Assembly: GCF_011386835.1 (NCBI RefSeq)
Contig: NC_088810.1
Coordinates: 24,180,001-24,244,000 of the forward strand
Origin: Chrysemys picta bellii
Taxonomy: Eukaryota
Length of the DNA: 64,000 nt
Reading direction: 5' to 3'
The notes under the pieces are model-generated. The model was not told where the DNA came from, searched no databases, and saw only the letters and a list, made by a program, of their open reading frames with translations. The first letter of the stretch is position 1. Each line of letters opens with the position of its first letter. Shown here piece after piece: positions 23,601-33,827 of the stretch. Both the position numbers and the translations under genes were made by a program.

Positions 23601-25844
23601 GCGTGCGGGGGCAGGGAGGGCTCTGGGAGGCCAGCCGGCAGGGACCCGAACCCCCCTTGCTCTCTTCTCCTGGCAGGGTGGCAGCATGTTCAGCCCAGAA
23701 CCAGCAGCTGCAGAAGAAGGTGCAGGAGCTGGAGAAACACAATTTGTGAGTGCAATGCATCCACCAGCCCCCACGCCCCGCCCAGGGCTGGGAGAGAACC
23801 CAGGAGTCCTGGCTCCCAGCCCCCTCTCGCTCTAACTGCTAGACCCCACTCCCCTCCCAGAGCCAGGAGAGAACCCAGGAGTCCTGGCTCCCAGGCCCCC
23901 CCCCCACTCTAACTGCTAGACCCCACTCCCCTCCCAAAGAGAGGCGAGAACCCAGGAGTCCTGGCTCCCAGCCCCCCCTGCTCTAACCGCTAGACCCCAC
24001 TCCCCTCCCAGAGCCAGGAGAGAACCCAGGAGTCCTGGCTCCCAGCGCGCCCCCGGTCCCAGCCCCTGAGGATCAGGGTGCATTAGCAGAGCTGTGGGGA
24101 AGCCATTGGAAGGTGCGGGGGTGTTGGAGGGTGGCTGGTGATGCAGGGGGTCCCTGACACGATGGTGGCACAAAGGCCAGTGGGTGAGCACCCGCCTGGC
24201 TTCGCTGCTGGGTTCTGTGCCCCTCCCTCCTCAGGAGCCCCCCTCAGACGCTGTCTCCTCCCCACAGGTCCCTGCTGGGCCAGCTGCGAAAGCTGCAAGC
24301 GCTGATCAAACCCACGTCCAGCAAGGCAGCGCAGACCAGCACCTGCGTCCTGGTATGGGCCGAGCTCCCGCGCCCGCGGCCCCACAACGGCCTGCTCCGG
24401 GGCGGGCACAGAGCGCACGGCCCCGCGCACGGCACAGAGCGCACGGCCCCACGCATGGCACAGAGCACGTGGCGCCTCGCACGGCACAGAGCGCACGGCC
24501 CCGCGCACGGCACAGAGCGCACGGCCCCGCGCACGGCACAGAGCGCACGGCCCCACGCATGGCACAGAGCACGTGGCGCCTCGCACGGCACAGAGCGCAC
24601 GGCCCTGCGCACGGCACAGAGCACACGGCCCCACGCATGGCAGAGCACGTGGCGCCTCGCACGTCACAGAACGCACGGCCCTGTGTACGGCCCTACGCAT
24701 GGCACAGAGCACGTGGCGCCTCACACGGCACAGAGCGCACAGCACAGAGTGCATGGCACAGAGTGCACGACCCCACGCACAGCACAGTGCACGTGGCGCC
24801 TCGCACGGCACAGAGCGCACGGCCCCACGCATGGCACAGAGCCCATGGCGCCTCGCACGGCACAAAGCGCACGGCGACACCCACACAGCACTGCGCACAA
24901 TCCACGTCTACGCACAGCCTTGCACAGCCAGACAGTCCCGCTCCTGTGCACACCCACACAGCCCGGGCCCCGCTGTGCACCCACTGACCCCCCCCCAAGC
25001 AACCCCCACCCCCTCACTCCTGCACAGGGGCTGGGCTTTGACTGTCTCCCTCCTCCTGCAGATCCTGATCTTCTCCCTGGGACTCATCATCTTCCCCAGC
25101 TACAGCCCCCTGCGCAGGGGGGCGCGGGGCAGCCAGGACGGCTACCAGCCCACCGGAGGTAACAGCCGGGACGCTGGGGGGTGGGGCTGAGCTGGGGGGC
25201 GGGCGGAGCTTCCCCATGGACCCAGGGAGGGGTCAGAACCGAACACCCTGCCCCAGGGCTGACCCTCTCCAATGAGCTCCCCGGAGCTGTTCCCCTCCAG
25301 GGCGGATTCCTGGCGCTGCCTGGCCTGGCGCTGCCCAAAGGGATCTGTCCAGAGACCCGGCCACAGACAGCATCTGTCTCCCCCCCGAACCCCCACCCCA
25401 CTGGCACAGGGCCCCCCGGCACTCCCACCCTGCTGACACAGGGCCCCCTGCCCCACCAGCCCCCAGCACAGGGCACCCCCCATTCCCCCACCCCCTGGCA
25501 CAGGGCACGCCCTGGCAGCCAGCCCCTAACGCTGCCCTTCCCCCCACACCCCAGTGATCTCCAGGAACATCCTGAACCAGGGGGAGTTCTCAGAACTGGC
25601 CGAAGCCCCCGGCACCCAGGAGCCACTGGCCCCAGAGCCTGAACCACCCGTGGGGGAGCAGCTGGGGCCTGAGGCCGCGGCGGAGGATGGAGTGGAAGGG
25701 GCAGACGGGAGCCAGAAGAAGGGCACAAACACGTCCGCTCAGACCCAGCTGGAGCAGCCGGCGGCTCCCATGGGGCTGCCCCAGGGGAACGGACCCGGAG
25801 CCAGCAGGGACGCAGCTAAGTCAGTCCATGCCGACGAGATGTGA
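20639..25844 (+). CDS. CREB3L4: CREB3-like 4 (AIbZIP), ER-membrane bZIP transcription factor, 408 aa; join(20639..20791,21357..21549,22253..22392,22706..22798,23353..23459,23677..23745,24268..24352,25062..25158,25555..25844)
   Basis: [38 protein letters not shown], b[47 protein letters not shown]1P site RNIL and C-terminal HADEM as in mammalian CREB3L4. All junctions GT-AG and in phase. Confidence 0.96.
23781..24055. repeat. ~75-bp tandem repeat x4 (GAGAACCCAGGAGTCCTGGCTCCCAG...CTAACTGCTAGACCCCACTCCCC), SINE-3'-like, in CREB3L4 intron 6
   Basis: Copies near 23781, 23856, 23935 and 24007; similar to the tail of the MIR-like copy at 9040-9103. Confidence 0.85.
24400..24900. repeat. CpG-rich minisatellite (GCACGGCACAGAGCGCACGGCCCC, ~26-34 bp units) in CREB3L4 intron 7
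   Basis: Tandem units directly visible. Confidence 0.92.
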
Positions 25845-26123
25845 GGGGCAGCAGGGACCAGACTGGCCGGAGAGCTGCTTTCCCAGGGCTGGCTGGGGGA
25901 CGGGGGGCACAGCATCTCCAGGGGCCCCCTGGGGCACTTGCCGAACCCCCTCTCCCCACACTGGTGTCAGTGCTGGCATGAGGGGCCGGGCGAGGGAGCC
26001 AGCCCCAGCTCTCATGCCCTGGCCAGCCTGGCTCACTCCCCGGTCTCTGTGCAGCTGGGACGTCCCCCTCTGGTGCCTCCTGCCGAGTCAGCTCCAGGGC
26101 CTTGCTGGGGCACCTGGCATGGC

Positions 26124-26129
26124 AATAAA
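26124..26129 (+). terminator. CREB3L4 polyadenylation signal AATAAA
   Basis: 280 nt after the stop codon. Confidence 0.7.
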
Positions 26130-26651
26130 TCCCTTCCCCCCCTGTGGGGCACTGCCAGGCCAGGAACAAGGGGGGCCACATGCAGCTCCCCAGCTGTGCT
26201 CTGAATGGCCCAGAGCTCCCTCCCCGACCCCCAGCCCCTGGGTCACACCAGGCTCCCCACGCAGGGCAGAGCAGCCTGGCCCACTGCTTCCCTGGGACGG
26301 GCAAAGTGCTCTCAGGAGCCACGCTGCACCTGTGCCTGCCCCACGCCGCCCTTAAAACACGGGGGACTCTGAGGCCAGGTAGCCCCGGGCAAGCGGGCCA
26401 GCTCATCGGATCACCTACAGGGCTTGGATCAAGCCACCCACGCCCTTTCCTGGGCTACCTGAGAGAGTCCCCAGCCAGTGTTGGGCTGCGGGATCCCAGC
26501 CGCTCCTGCCCTCGGCGCTGCTGGGTTGTCCCCGGCCCTGGAGGCCCTGCTCCGCACGGCCCCTTTGGAATCAGCCCCGGCTGCCTTACTGGGGGCATCT
26601 CCCCCTGCCATGAGGTTTGTAGCAAGCCCGGGAAGACAGGAGGCTTCTGAC

Positions 26652-27749
26652 ACCTTCAGCCCTTGTCTAGATTGTACTGAGCACAACACGTCTTCCGTTC
26701 GTCTCGTATCCTGGCCTTCCTCCTCCACGTGCGGCCAGGTCTTTTCACGCTAACATCTTCCCAGCTCTTTGGAGGTCGTCCGTGGTCATTTCAGTTCCCG
26801 CGGGGACCGCTGGGTGACAGCTGCAATCCATCGATTGTCAGTGAGACTCACTAGATGCTGGGCCCATCGCCTCACTGTACCTGCTCTCAACGACGACGTC
26901 CCGCACTCCACTCTGCTTCCCTGGGGACTCGGGCGCGGGTTGAAGTTCCCAGAATTGTTCTTTCCCTCGCCCGCTCCGTGACAGACAGTTGCTGCTCCTC
27001 TGTCTTCGTCAGCGCTCACGTTTCGCTGCCGTACAACCTTGCTGGCCGTACCGTTGAGTGGAAGAGGCTGGCGCGTGTTGCCTTGTTGATTTTTCCTTGA
27101 CGGGCAATCGTGAAGATCTAAAGAACTATCGTCCAATAGGCCTGCTCTCGCATGTCTACACATTCCCTTCCTGTAGTGCCTTCGTCAACGATGAAAACGC
27201 GTTCGACGGCGTAGAGACCAGTGCGGGGCTGAAAGCTCTCACAGAGCAGGGCATCGACACAAACTATATCAAACTACACAGGAAGCAAATTCTGATGGCA
27301 CTACCGCTATAACTTTGTTTGATACCCCCCTTCGCACCCCAGGTAAGAAAGGTGTGAAACAAGGAGAGACGGTTTCCCCGAAACTCTTCACAGCCTGCCT
27401 CAAAATGTTAATGCGGCGGATGAATTGGGAGGGTGGAATCAACATCAACGGAGAGCAGTGAAACCATCTCAGATTCGTGGACGATATTGTGTTGATCGCT
27501 GAAAATACTACCAGCCTAGAGAAAATGCTACGAGAACTCAAGACAAAAAGCAGCCAAGTTGGAATGAAAATTCACCGCTCCAAAACGAAATGTACGCGGT
27601 TTGGTACCTGGCCGAAAGCCCGAGTAACAATCAGTGGAGAACCAATCGAAGACGTTGAGCAATACGTCCATTTGGGCCAAGGAATGAGCATCAGGAAGGT
27701 GAGCGCTCGCGAAGAACGAAAGCAGGTTGGGGCACATTCAATTCTCTCA
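26652..27749 (-). mobile_element. 5'-truncated, 5'-inverted RTE-clade LINE copy, decayed, with a 14-bp TSD
   Basis: + strand 27101-27749: GNREDLKNYRPIGLLSHVY, AFVNDENAFDGVET, KGVKQGETVSPKLF, HLRFVDDIVLIA (RT motifs). - strand 27100-26652: QGKINKATRASLFHSTVRPARLYGSET*ALTK...RWAQHLVSLTDNRW...GRPPKSWED (RTE C-terminus). Flanks AGGAGGCTTCTGAC (26638-26651) and AGGAGGCTTTTGAC (27750-27763). Confidence 0.92.
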
Positions 27750-29659
27750 AGGAGGCTTTTGACTGGAAGGAAATAAGTAGCCGCAGTCAAGCTCCGCCCA
27801 CAACCCCCAAACTCCTCCCACAATTCCACATTGCCCAGCTGTTTCTACTAAAATGCTCAGCCAGGCAATTGTCCACCATTAGGTTCCAGAGTCAGCACTG
27901 TACCCCAGGCTGCTGGCGCCTCTCTCTGTGCTCTCTGCTGACCCGTGGGGGGGGGGTGTTTCGTGGGAACCAAAAGGGCTAGAAATGTGCCGTTTTAGAC
28001 TAAAGCGTTAATGCTGCCGGCTGCACGAGGTGCAGGAAAAGGCTGGTCTGGGCGGAGCCTGCCCCCGGCCCGTTGCAGGGAGCTGGGTCGTATCGCAGGG
28101 CGTGCTAGTGGCACGGCTGTTTTCTGTTATGAGCCCCCACCTACCCCGTGCCAGTGGTGGGTGGTGTCTCTGGTTAATAAACTATCCTGTTTAGTTTTCA
28201 CCCGGCTCTGGGCTGGTCTGGGACGGGCGGCTCCGGGCGCAGAGAATGAGAACACATTGCTGTGAGGATCTCAAAGCACCTAACCAGCTCCGCAGAAACA
28301 TGGGGTTTGCTTCACCTAGCACTGAAATGCAGCTACCTCTGGGGGGGGCCTCAGCAGCTGTGCGACAGCAACGTACACAACAGATTGGGCCCGGAAGTGA
28401 AGAAAAGGATCAGATCCAACCGGAACAACAAGGGGAAGCCTGAGCTGGAGGCAGGGCTAAGACACCACAACCTGCCAGGGGTGAATGTCATATCTAATCG
28501 CAGCCCCCCCTCGCACAGAGCGCACCCCTCCCCCACACCCTGCAGCACAGGGCATGGGGGTCAGCACGGCTGCCAGGGGAGCCCCTCAGCCCCAGTGCTG
28601 CTGGGCCGGGCTCTGTGTCCTGCTGCCGCTGGAGGGAACAGGGCACGGGAGCTGCCTGAGCCGACGCCGGCCCCACCTGGGACCGACACGGGGGGCTCCG
28701 GCCCTCGCAGGGCTCTGCTGATGGGCTGAGCAGGGCGAGGGCCCAGCCCTGGATTTTTGGCTCTACACAGAGATGGCAAAAAGCCAGTAGTGCCAGCGTT
28801 AGCGCTGCCTCCCGCCGCCCTCCTCCTCCGGTGCCCAGGGAGCCGGCTGCCTCCCGAGCGCCCCGGCCCCGCAGCAGCCCCGGGCCTGCCCGCACTGGGT
28901 GTTCAGGGGGGCTCCTGGGCATGGAGCAGCCGGAGTCAGGGACTCTGGGCGCCCATCAGGCCGGCTCCTGTCCGGTGCCACTCAGCCCCTGGCTAGAGAC
29001 CTTAGGCTGCCGGGGGCTCATTGTCCCTGCCCTGGGCCCTGCTGCAGATGCTCGTGCCCCCCAGTGGGGCGTTGGGATCTGGGGCGGTTGGCACCCCCCA
29101 TCCCCCGTTGGGGCCGACACACAGGGAGGGGCCAGGCCGCAGCGCCAGGCTCATTCCCACATGGCTGAGCTGTTAGAAGCTGCAGCCCGGGCCCCCCCCG
29201 TCCCCCCGCCCGCTCGCCTGCCCTGAGCCCCCGGGCATTTGCGTCACTCAGGGAAGGAGATTTCCGGCCACGTGGGCGAGATGAGCTGTTCAGGGAGCCC
29301 CTGAACCCCAGCGCTGCACTAATGAGGCAGCTCGGGGGCCCAAGGGGCTGCTTGGCTGGGGCTGGCGGGGGCCACTGTGTGGCTGGGGGTGAAGGGGGGG
29401 CACCGGATTTTCCCACGCGCCATCGTGATGGGTCTGCTCCAGCCAAGCCCCCGCGTTCTAGCCCCATGGGGGGGTTCTAGCCCAGCCCCCACTCTGATGG
29501 GGCCCCTCACTCTCGTCCCACAGCCCCCTGCTAGCTCAGCCCTGGAGCCCCTCCCTGGCTGCGTGAGGCAGATTAATATGAATGGCTTTTAGCTGAGGCT
29601 TCCCCACGGACTCATCCCTCAGCGAGGAGCGGCAGCAGGGCTGGCTCCAGAAAACCAGG

Positions 29660-29765
29660 CAGGGGGGAGAGCCGGGACTCCTGGGTCTATGCCAGCCTCT
29701 GCCACTTGCTCAGCGTGTGGCCTTAGGCAAGTTGCTGCCCTTTTTGTGCCTCGGTTTCCCCAGGA
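29660..29765 (-). mobile_element. MIR/CORE-SINE-like fragment
   Basis: TGTGGCCTTAGGCAAGTTGCTGCCCTTTTTGTGCCTCGGTTTCCCC resembles the reverse MIR core. Confidence 0.65.
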
Positions 29766-32072
29766 ACAACACGAGTCGCCAGCCCCCTTGGGTGTCTGTG
29801 ACGCTCCGTTAGTGACCAGACGGACCCGGGGACGGGCCATGACCTCTGCCGTGGCTGCAGCCAGACTCCTGGGCCAGCCTCACTGACCCCTGACATAAGG
29901 GCCCAGGGGGCCAGGAGAGACCAAGAGGCTGATGGGATGGAGCTGATCCCCATCTCCGCTCGTGCCCCCCGGCTCTCCCCCCACCGGGGGCCACCAAGCC
30001 CCTTTTCTCCTCAAACCCAACTGCTCATCCGCAACCCCCCCTTCCAACCTCCACTGGTGCCGCTCCCCCATCAGCCACCCCGGGGCGCTGCTGGTCACCC
30101 CCTGGCCAGGCACCCGACGCGCCGCAGGATGTGGTTAATCCCAGTGCAGACTGGCGGGATTACGGGGGGGGGGGGGGGCGGATTAGCAGGGCTTGTCCAT
30201 CCCTTACATAACCCGCCACATGGCGCGCAGGGCCGGGGGGCGGGGACTCTGCTGATTTGGATTCATGGAGGGGACTGGCGCTGGGCCAGTGGGGGGTGGG
30301 GGGGTCCCTCGGGCCGGCGCCTCGTACTCGGGGGAGTGACTCGTTCTAGCAGCTTGGGGGCAGGAAGGCGCCTGTTAGCGCCCGCGCAGCGATGCCGGGC
30401 TGGTGGGGCAGGGCTGGGGCCGGCTTTCTCCCTCCCCCCAGATCCACCCGTTGTGCCAGGCGCTGCCCAGAGACCTCCCAACCCCCCATGACACCTCAGA
30501 TCCATCTGCTGCATGTGGGGGGAGCTCGCAGGCCCCTGCCTCCCCACAGCACTGGCTCTGCCCAGCGTCCCCAGGCCCTGCACTGGGCACAAATCCAGGG
30601 TGAGCTCACGGGGATGGGCGAGTGCCAGGCGGGAGCCAGGCGCTGTCCCACAGGGGGCGGCATCCCTGGGGGCTGGCACCGAGGGGCCAAGCGGCTCTGC
30701 GACAGCAGCTGCAACCAAAACCCCCGTCCATACAAGGGCCCATCTGCTCCTGGTCCAGCCGGGCACACTGCCCCATGGAGTCGAGGATAGCCCCATCACG
30801 ACTGAGCTCGAGGCCGTTGTGCCAGGCGTGGGCCAGGCCCTGCCCCGAAGCGCTCGCAGCCAGGGCAGGCAGAGGGGCAGGGACTGGGCTGTCACCCAGC
30901 AGGGCAGCGGGTAGAGCCCGGGTGCCCTGACCCCCAGCGGGCGGGAACGTGCAGAGCTCCTGGCTCGGGGCAGAGCCTCCTCCAGTGGCTTAGAGGGGAA
31001 AGCCTGAAGCTCGGGAGTGCCCAGCGCAGTCAGCGTCTCTGCCCGGGGCCTGGCACGGGCTGGCGGCTGGGAACGCCAAGGTGCCCAGATGCCAGCAGCC
31101 CTGCTCACGGCCCGGGAGGGCAGCAGCTGCCAGAGGCATGAGGGCTCGCGCGTAACCTTGGCGACAGGGTGCATTCGGGGACCCCCCCCCCCCGTCTGCA
31201 GCAGGAACTTGTAACCTGGTTCCATTGGACAGCTGCAAATGGGGCCCGGGCCCTGTGCCCACAGCCCAGTTCTGACACGGGCCAGGGGAAAGCTGCCCAG
31301 CACCCACCTGGCAAAGTCAAGCAGAGCTGGGGCGGGATTTGATCTGTCCTGGGGCAGAACCGAGCAGGGACGGGTCCATTGTCCCTACACTGGCTCCAAC
31401 CCCACAGCAAACAGGGGAAAGCGCTGCTCCCGGGAGAGCCCCGGCAGCCAGACGCCTCCTCTCGGCTCACGTGCCGAACAATCGCCGAGCTCCTTGGGAT
31501 TTGGTCCAAGCTCAAGTTGTCAGCAGGATGGAGAGGTGGACACGGGCGAGCGCGGGAGCCGGCGCCTCGGGGACGGACAGACAGATGCTGTGATTAGCTA
31601 GATGGTGCACATGGGCCCAGCCAGAGCGCTCTGCCGAGAGACAGATGAGCGCTGAGGGGATAGATACCCAGACACCGAGATTAGCTGGATGGACGGGCGT
31701 GGGGGGGGACAGACACACACCGACAGAGAGATTTCGCTGCCCGTTGCTCAGCTCCCGAGGGATTTGTTACATTTAATTCCCCTCTTCTTCGCCAAACACA
31801 TTTTAACCCTCTCATAAATATTAACGCCCCCTCGGGCGCCTGGCTCCAGCCCCCCCATGACTCCTCCATTCATCCTACTCCCCGCAGCCTCCTGTGGCAG
31901 CAGCCCCCCGCCCCCTCAATGGGGGAGGAGGTCCCTGTGCCAGCCCCTGGCGTGCTGCCCCCAGCCTATCAAACCTCAGCCCCCTCCCGGCGCGTGGGCT
32001 GGGCGCGCGGCTTGCCAGGCCAGTCTCTCCCTGCGCTCGGAGAGGCACATTGGCACCAGGCACCAGTCCTGC

Positions 32073-32093
32073 CCCAGCACCGAGGACAGCTCC
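32073..32093 (+). promoter_or_regulatory. RE1/NRSE (REST-binding)-like element immediately upstream of the CART-like ATG
   Basis: CCCAGCACCGAGGACAGCTCC versus consensus NTCAGCACCNNGGACAGCGCC: both half-sites intact and canonical 2-nt spacer. Confidence 0.75.
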
Positions 32094-32098
32094 CCGCC

Positions 32099-33827
32099 AT
32101 GCAGCGATCCACCATGGTCCTGCTTTGCCTGGCTCTCCTGGCACACCAGGAGGCAGATGTGGATGCCCGGCTACCCCAGGACTTTCCCCTGAAACACTCG
32201 TACCAGCCGCATGAGAAACAACTGGTGAGTTCCTATGTCCAGCCTGGCGCGGGCGCGCCCTGCCGTGCCACCCCCCAGCGCCTCCCACGGGCCAGGGCAT
32301 TCACCCCAGCCTGGCTGCCTGTGACTGTGCATGCACACGCGCCTCCTGGTGACCCCCGGGGTCCCTCACGGCCCCGAAGGCTGAGGTAGTCTGGAGAAGG
32401 GCAGGGCAGCCCCGCTGCAAACCCCGGAGGAAAAGACTCTTAGAGGCCAGGTGGAGACCCAATGGGGGCAGCGTCGCCCCATCACTGCGGGGTTCTTGCT
32501 CTTTCCTCTGAAGCGGCTGGTGCTGGCCAGCGTCACAGCCCAGTCCCTGTGCTCCATGTGAGGACAGCTGGTTGGGACTGTCTGCTGCAAAGGGGAGCAT
32601 GGGGGGAGAGGGGCTGGGCAGGCAGTTTTCAGCCCCCCAACTGGCTGTGTCAGTTTCACGAGAGGGTGAAGCCAGGAGCCCTGGATCAGGCGGGGCAGGG
32701 GGGGGGGGGCAGGGTAACTCCCTGTCACACCCGCTCCTTTAACAGAGCAGCAATTTCCCGCAGACCAGCGCCTCCAGCCTGCCCGGGGCAGCAGTTTGCA
32801 CTCACCCTCCTCCTTCTCCTTGTCTCACCCCACCCAGCTGGAGGAGCTGCAGGACGTGCTGGAGAAACTGCAGAGCAAGAGGATTTCCACCTGGGAGAAG
32901 AAACATAACCAAGTCCCCAAGGTACCGGCCGGGGCCGACCTGGCCCCTTCTGGTTCCGTGGCTAGAGGATCCCTGTGGGTAACAGGCCCCAGCTTCCATT
33001 TCTCCGCCCGCCCGCCCAGCGGAGTTTGTGAGAGTCCCTCTTCCAGGGGCAGCTCCCTGGCTGGTGGGGCCCTGCCGTGCTCCCTGGGGATCGGTCGGTG
33101 ACCAGCCACGCTCCAGGCCGAGGGTTTGCTTTAGCAGGCTAGGTGCAGGGTGGGGGCCTGACCCGGGCCCAGCAGAGCCAGACAGGAGCATTTTGGAGCC
33201 ATTAGAGCAGGGGTCCTCAACCTTTTTCGTCTGGCGGGCGACGGACGACAGGCCACCGCGGACCATGGCCGGTGGACAAGCATCCACTAAAATGCCGCCG
33301 AGAAGCGGCAACGTCAATAGGCTTCGAAAATCAGCAGCATTTCGGTGGTGACGCCTCTGGAGGACGCTGCTTCTTGGTGGCATTTCAGCGGATGCTCATC
33401 CGCCAGACAGTACGCGGGCACAGATAGATGCCCCGGTGGGTGGCATGGCGCCCGCAGGCACCGCATTGGGGACCACTGCATTCGAGTGATGGGGAAAGGG
33501 CAATTAACCAGAGGTGCCAACGCTGGGATAGGGCCCAGCCCCCACTTGGGAAGCCAGTGCCCACCCAGCGAACTGCAGGCCAGAATACAGCCCCTGCCCC
33601 ACAGGGGAATCGTACTGACCCCCGAGACCCTGCTGCTGAGGGGTTTCAGGGGCCCAGCGGTAAGCCAAAAGGCCCCTGTCGGGGGGAGCCCTACAGCTCT
33701 GCCTCCCTTGTCCCCGCAGTGCTCCATCGGCCAGGCCTGTGCCGTGAAGAAGGGCGCCCGCATCGGCAGGTTGTGCGACTGCCCCCGCGGAGCCACCTGC
33801 AACACCTTCCTCCTCAAATGCCTGTAG
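32099..33827 (+). CDS. CART (cocaine- and amphetamine-regulated transcript) prepropeptide paralogue, 105 aa; join(32099..32224,32838..32921,33720..33827)
   Basis: MQRSTMVLLCLALLAHQEADVDARLPQDFPLKHSYQPHEKQL|LEELQDVLEKLQSKRISTWEKKHNQVPK|CSIGQACAVKKGARIGRLCDCPRGATCNTFLLKCL*. Six-Cys CART core, KR and KK cleavage sites, phase-0 introns with 84- and 108-nt exons as in CARTPT. Alternative start at 32114 (ACCATGG). Symbol left blank because the paralogue number is uncertain. Confidence 0.95.
33208..33478. mobile_element. hAT-superfamily MITE (271 bp) in intron 2 of the CART-like gene
   Basis: TIRs CAGGGGTCCTCAAC / ATTGGGGACCACTG; 8-bp TSD CATTAGAG (33200-33207) / CATTCGAG (33479-33486). Confidence 0.88.

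Noticed and set aside
27940-28245. Possible solo LTR (AATAAA at ~28176, promoter-like composition)
   Set aside because: No clear TG...CA ends or TSD could be identified; needs a repeat-library search.
32790-32837. Alternative upstream acceptor giving a rodent-type long proCART (+13 aa)
   Set aside because: No AG 39 nt upstream of exon 2; the nearby AGs (43 and 46 nt upstream) are out of frame.
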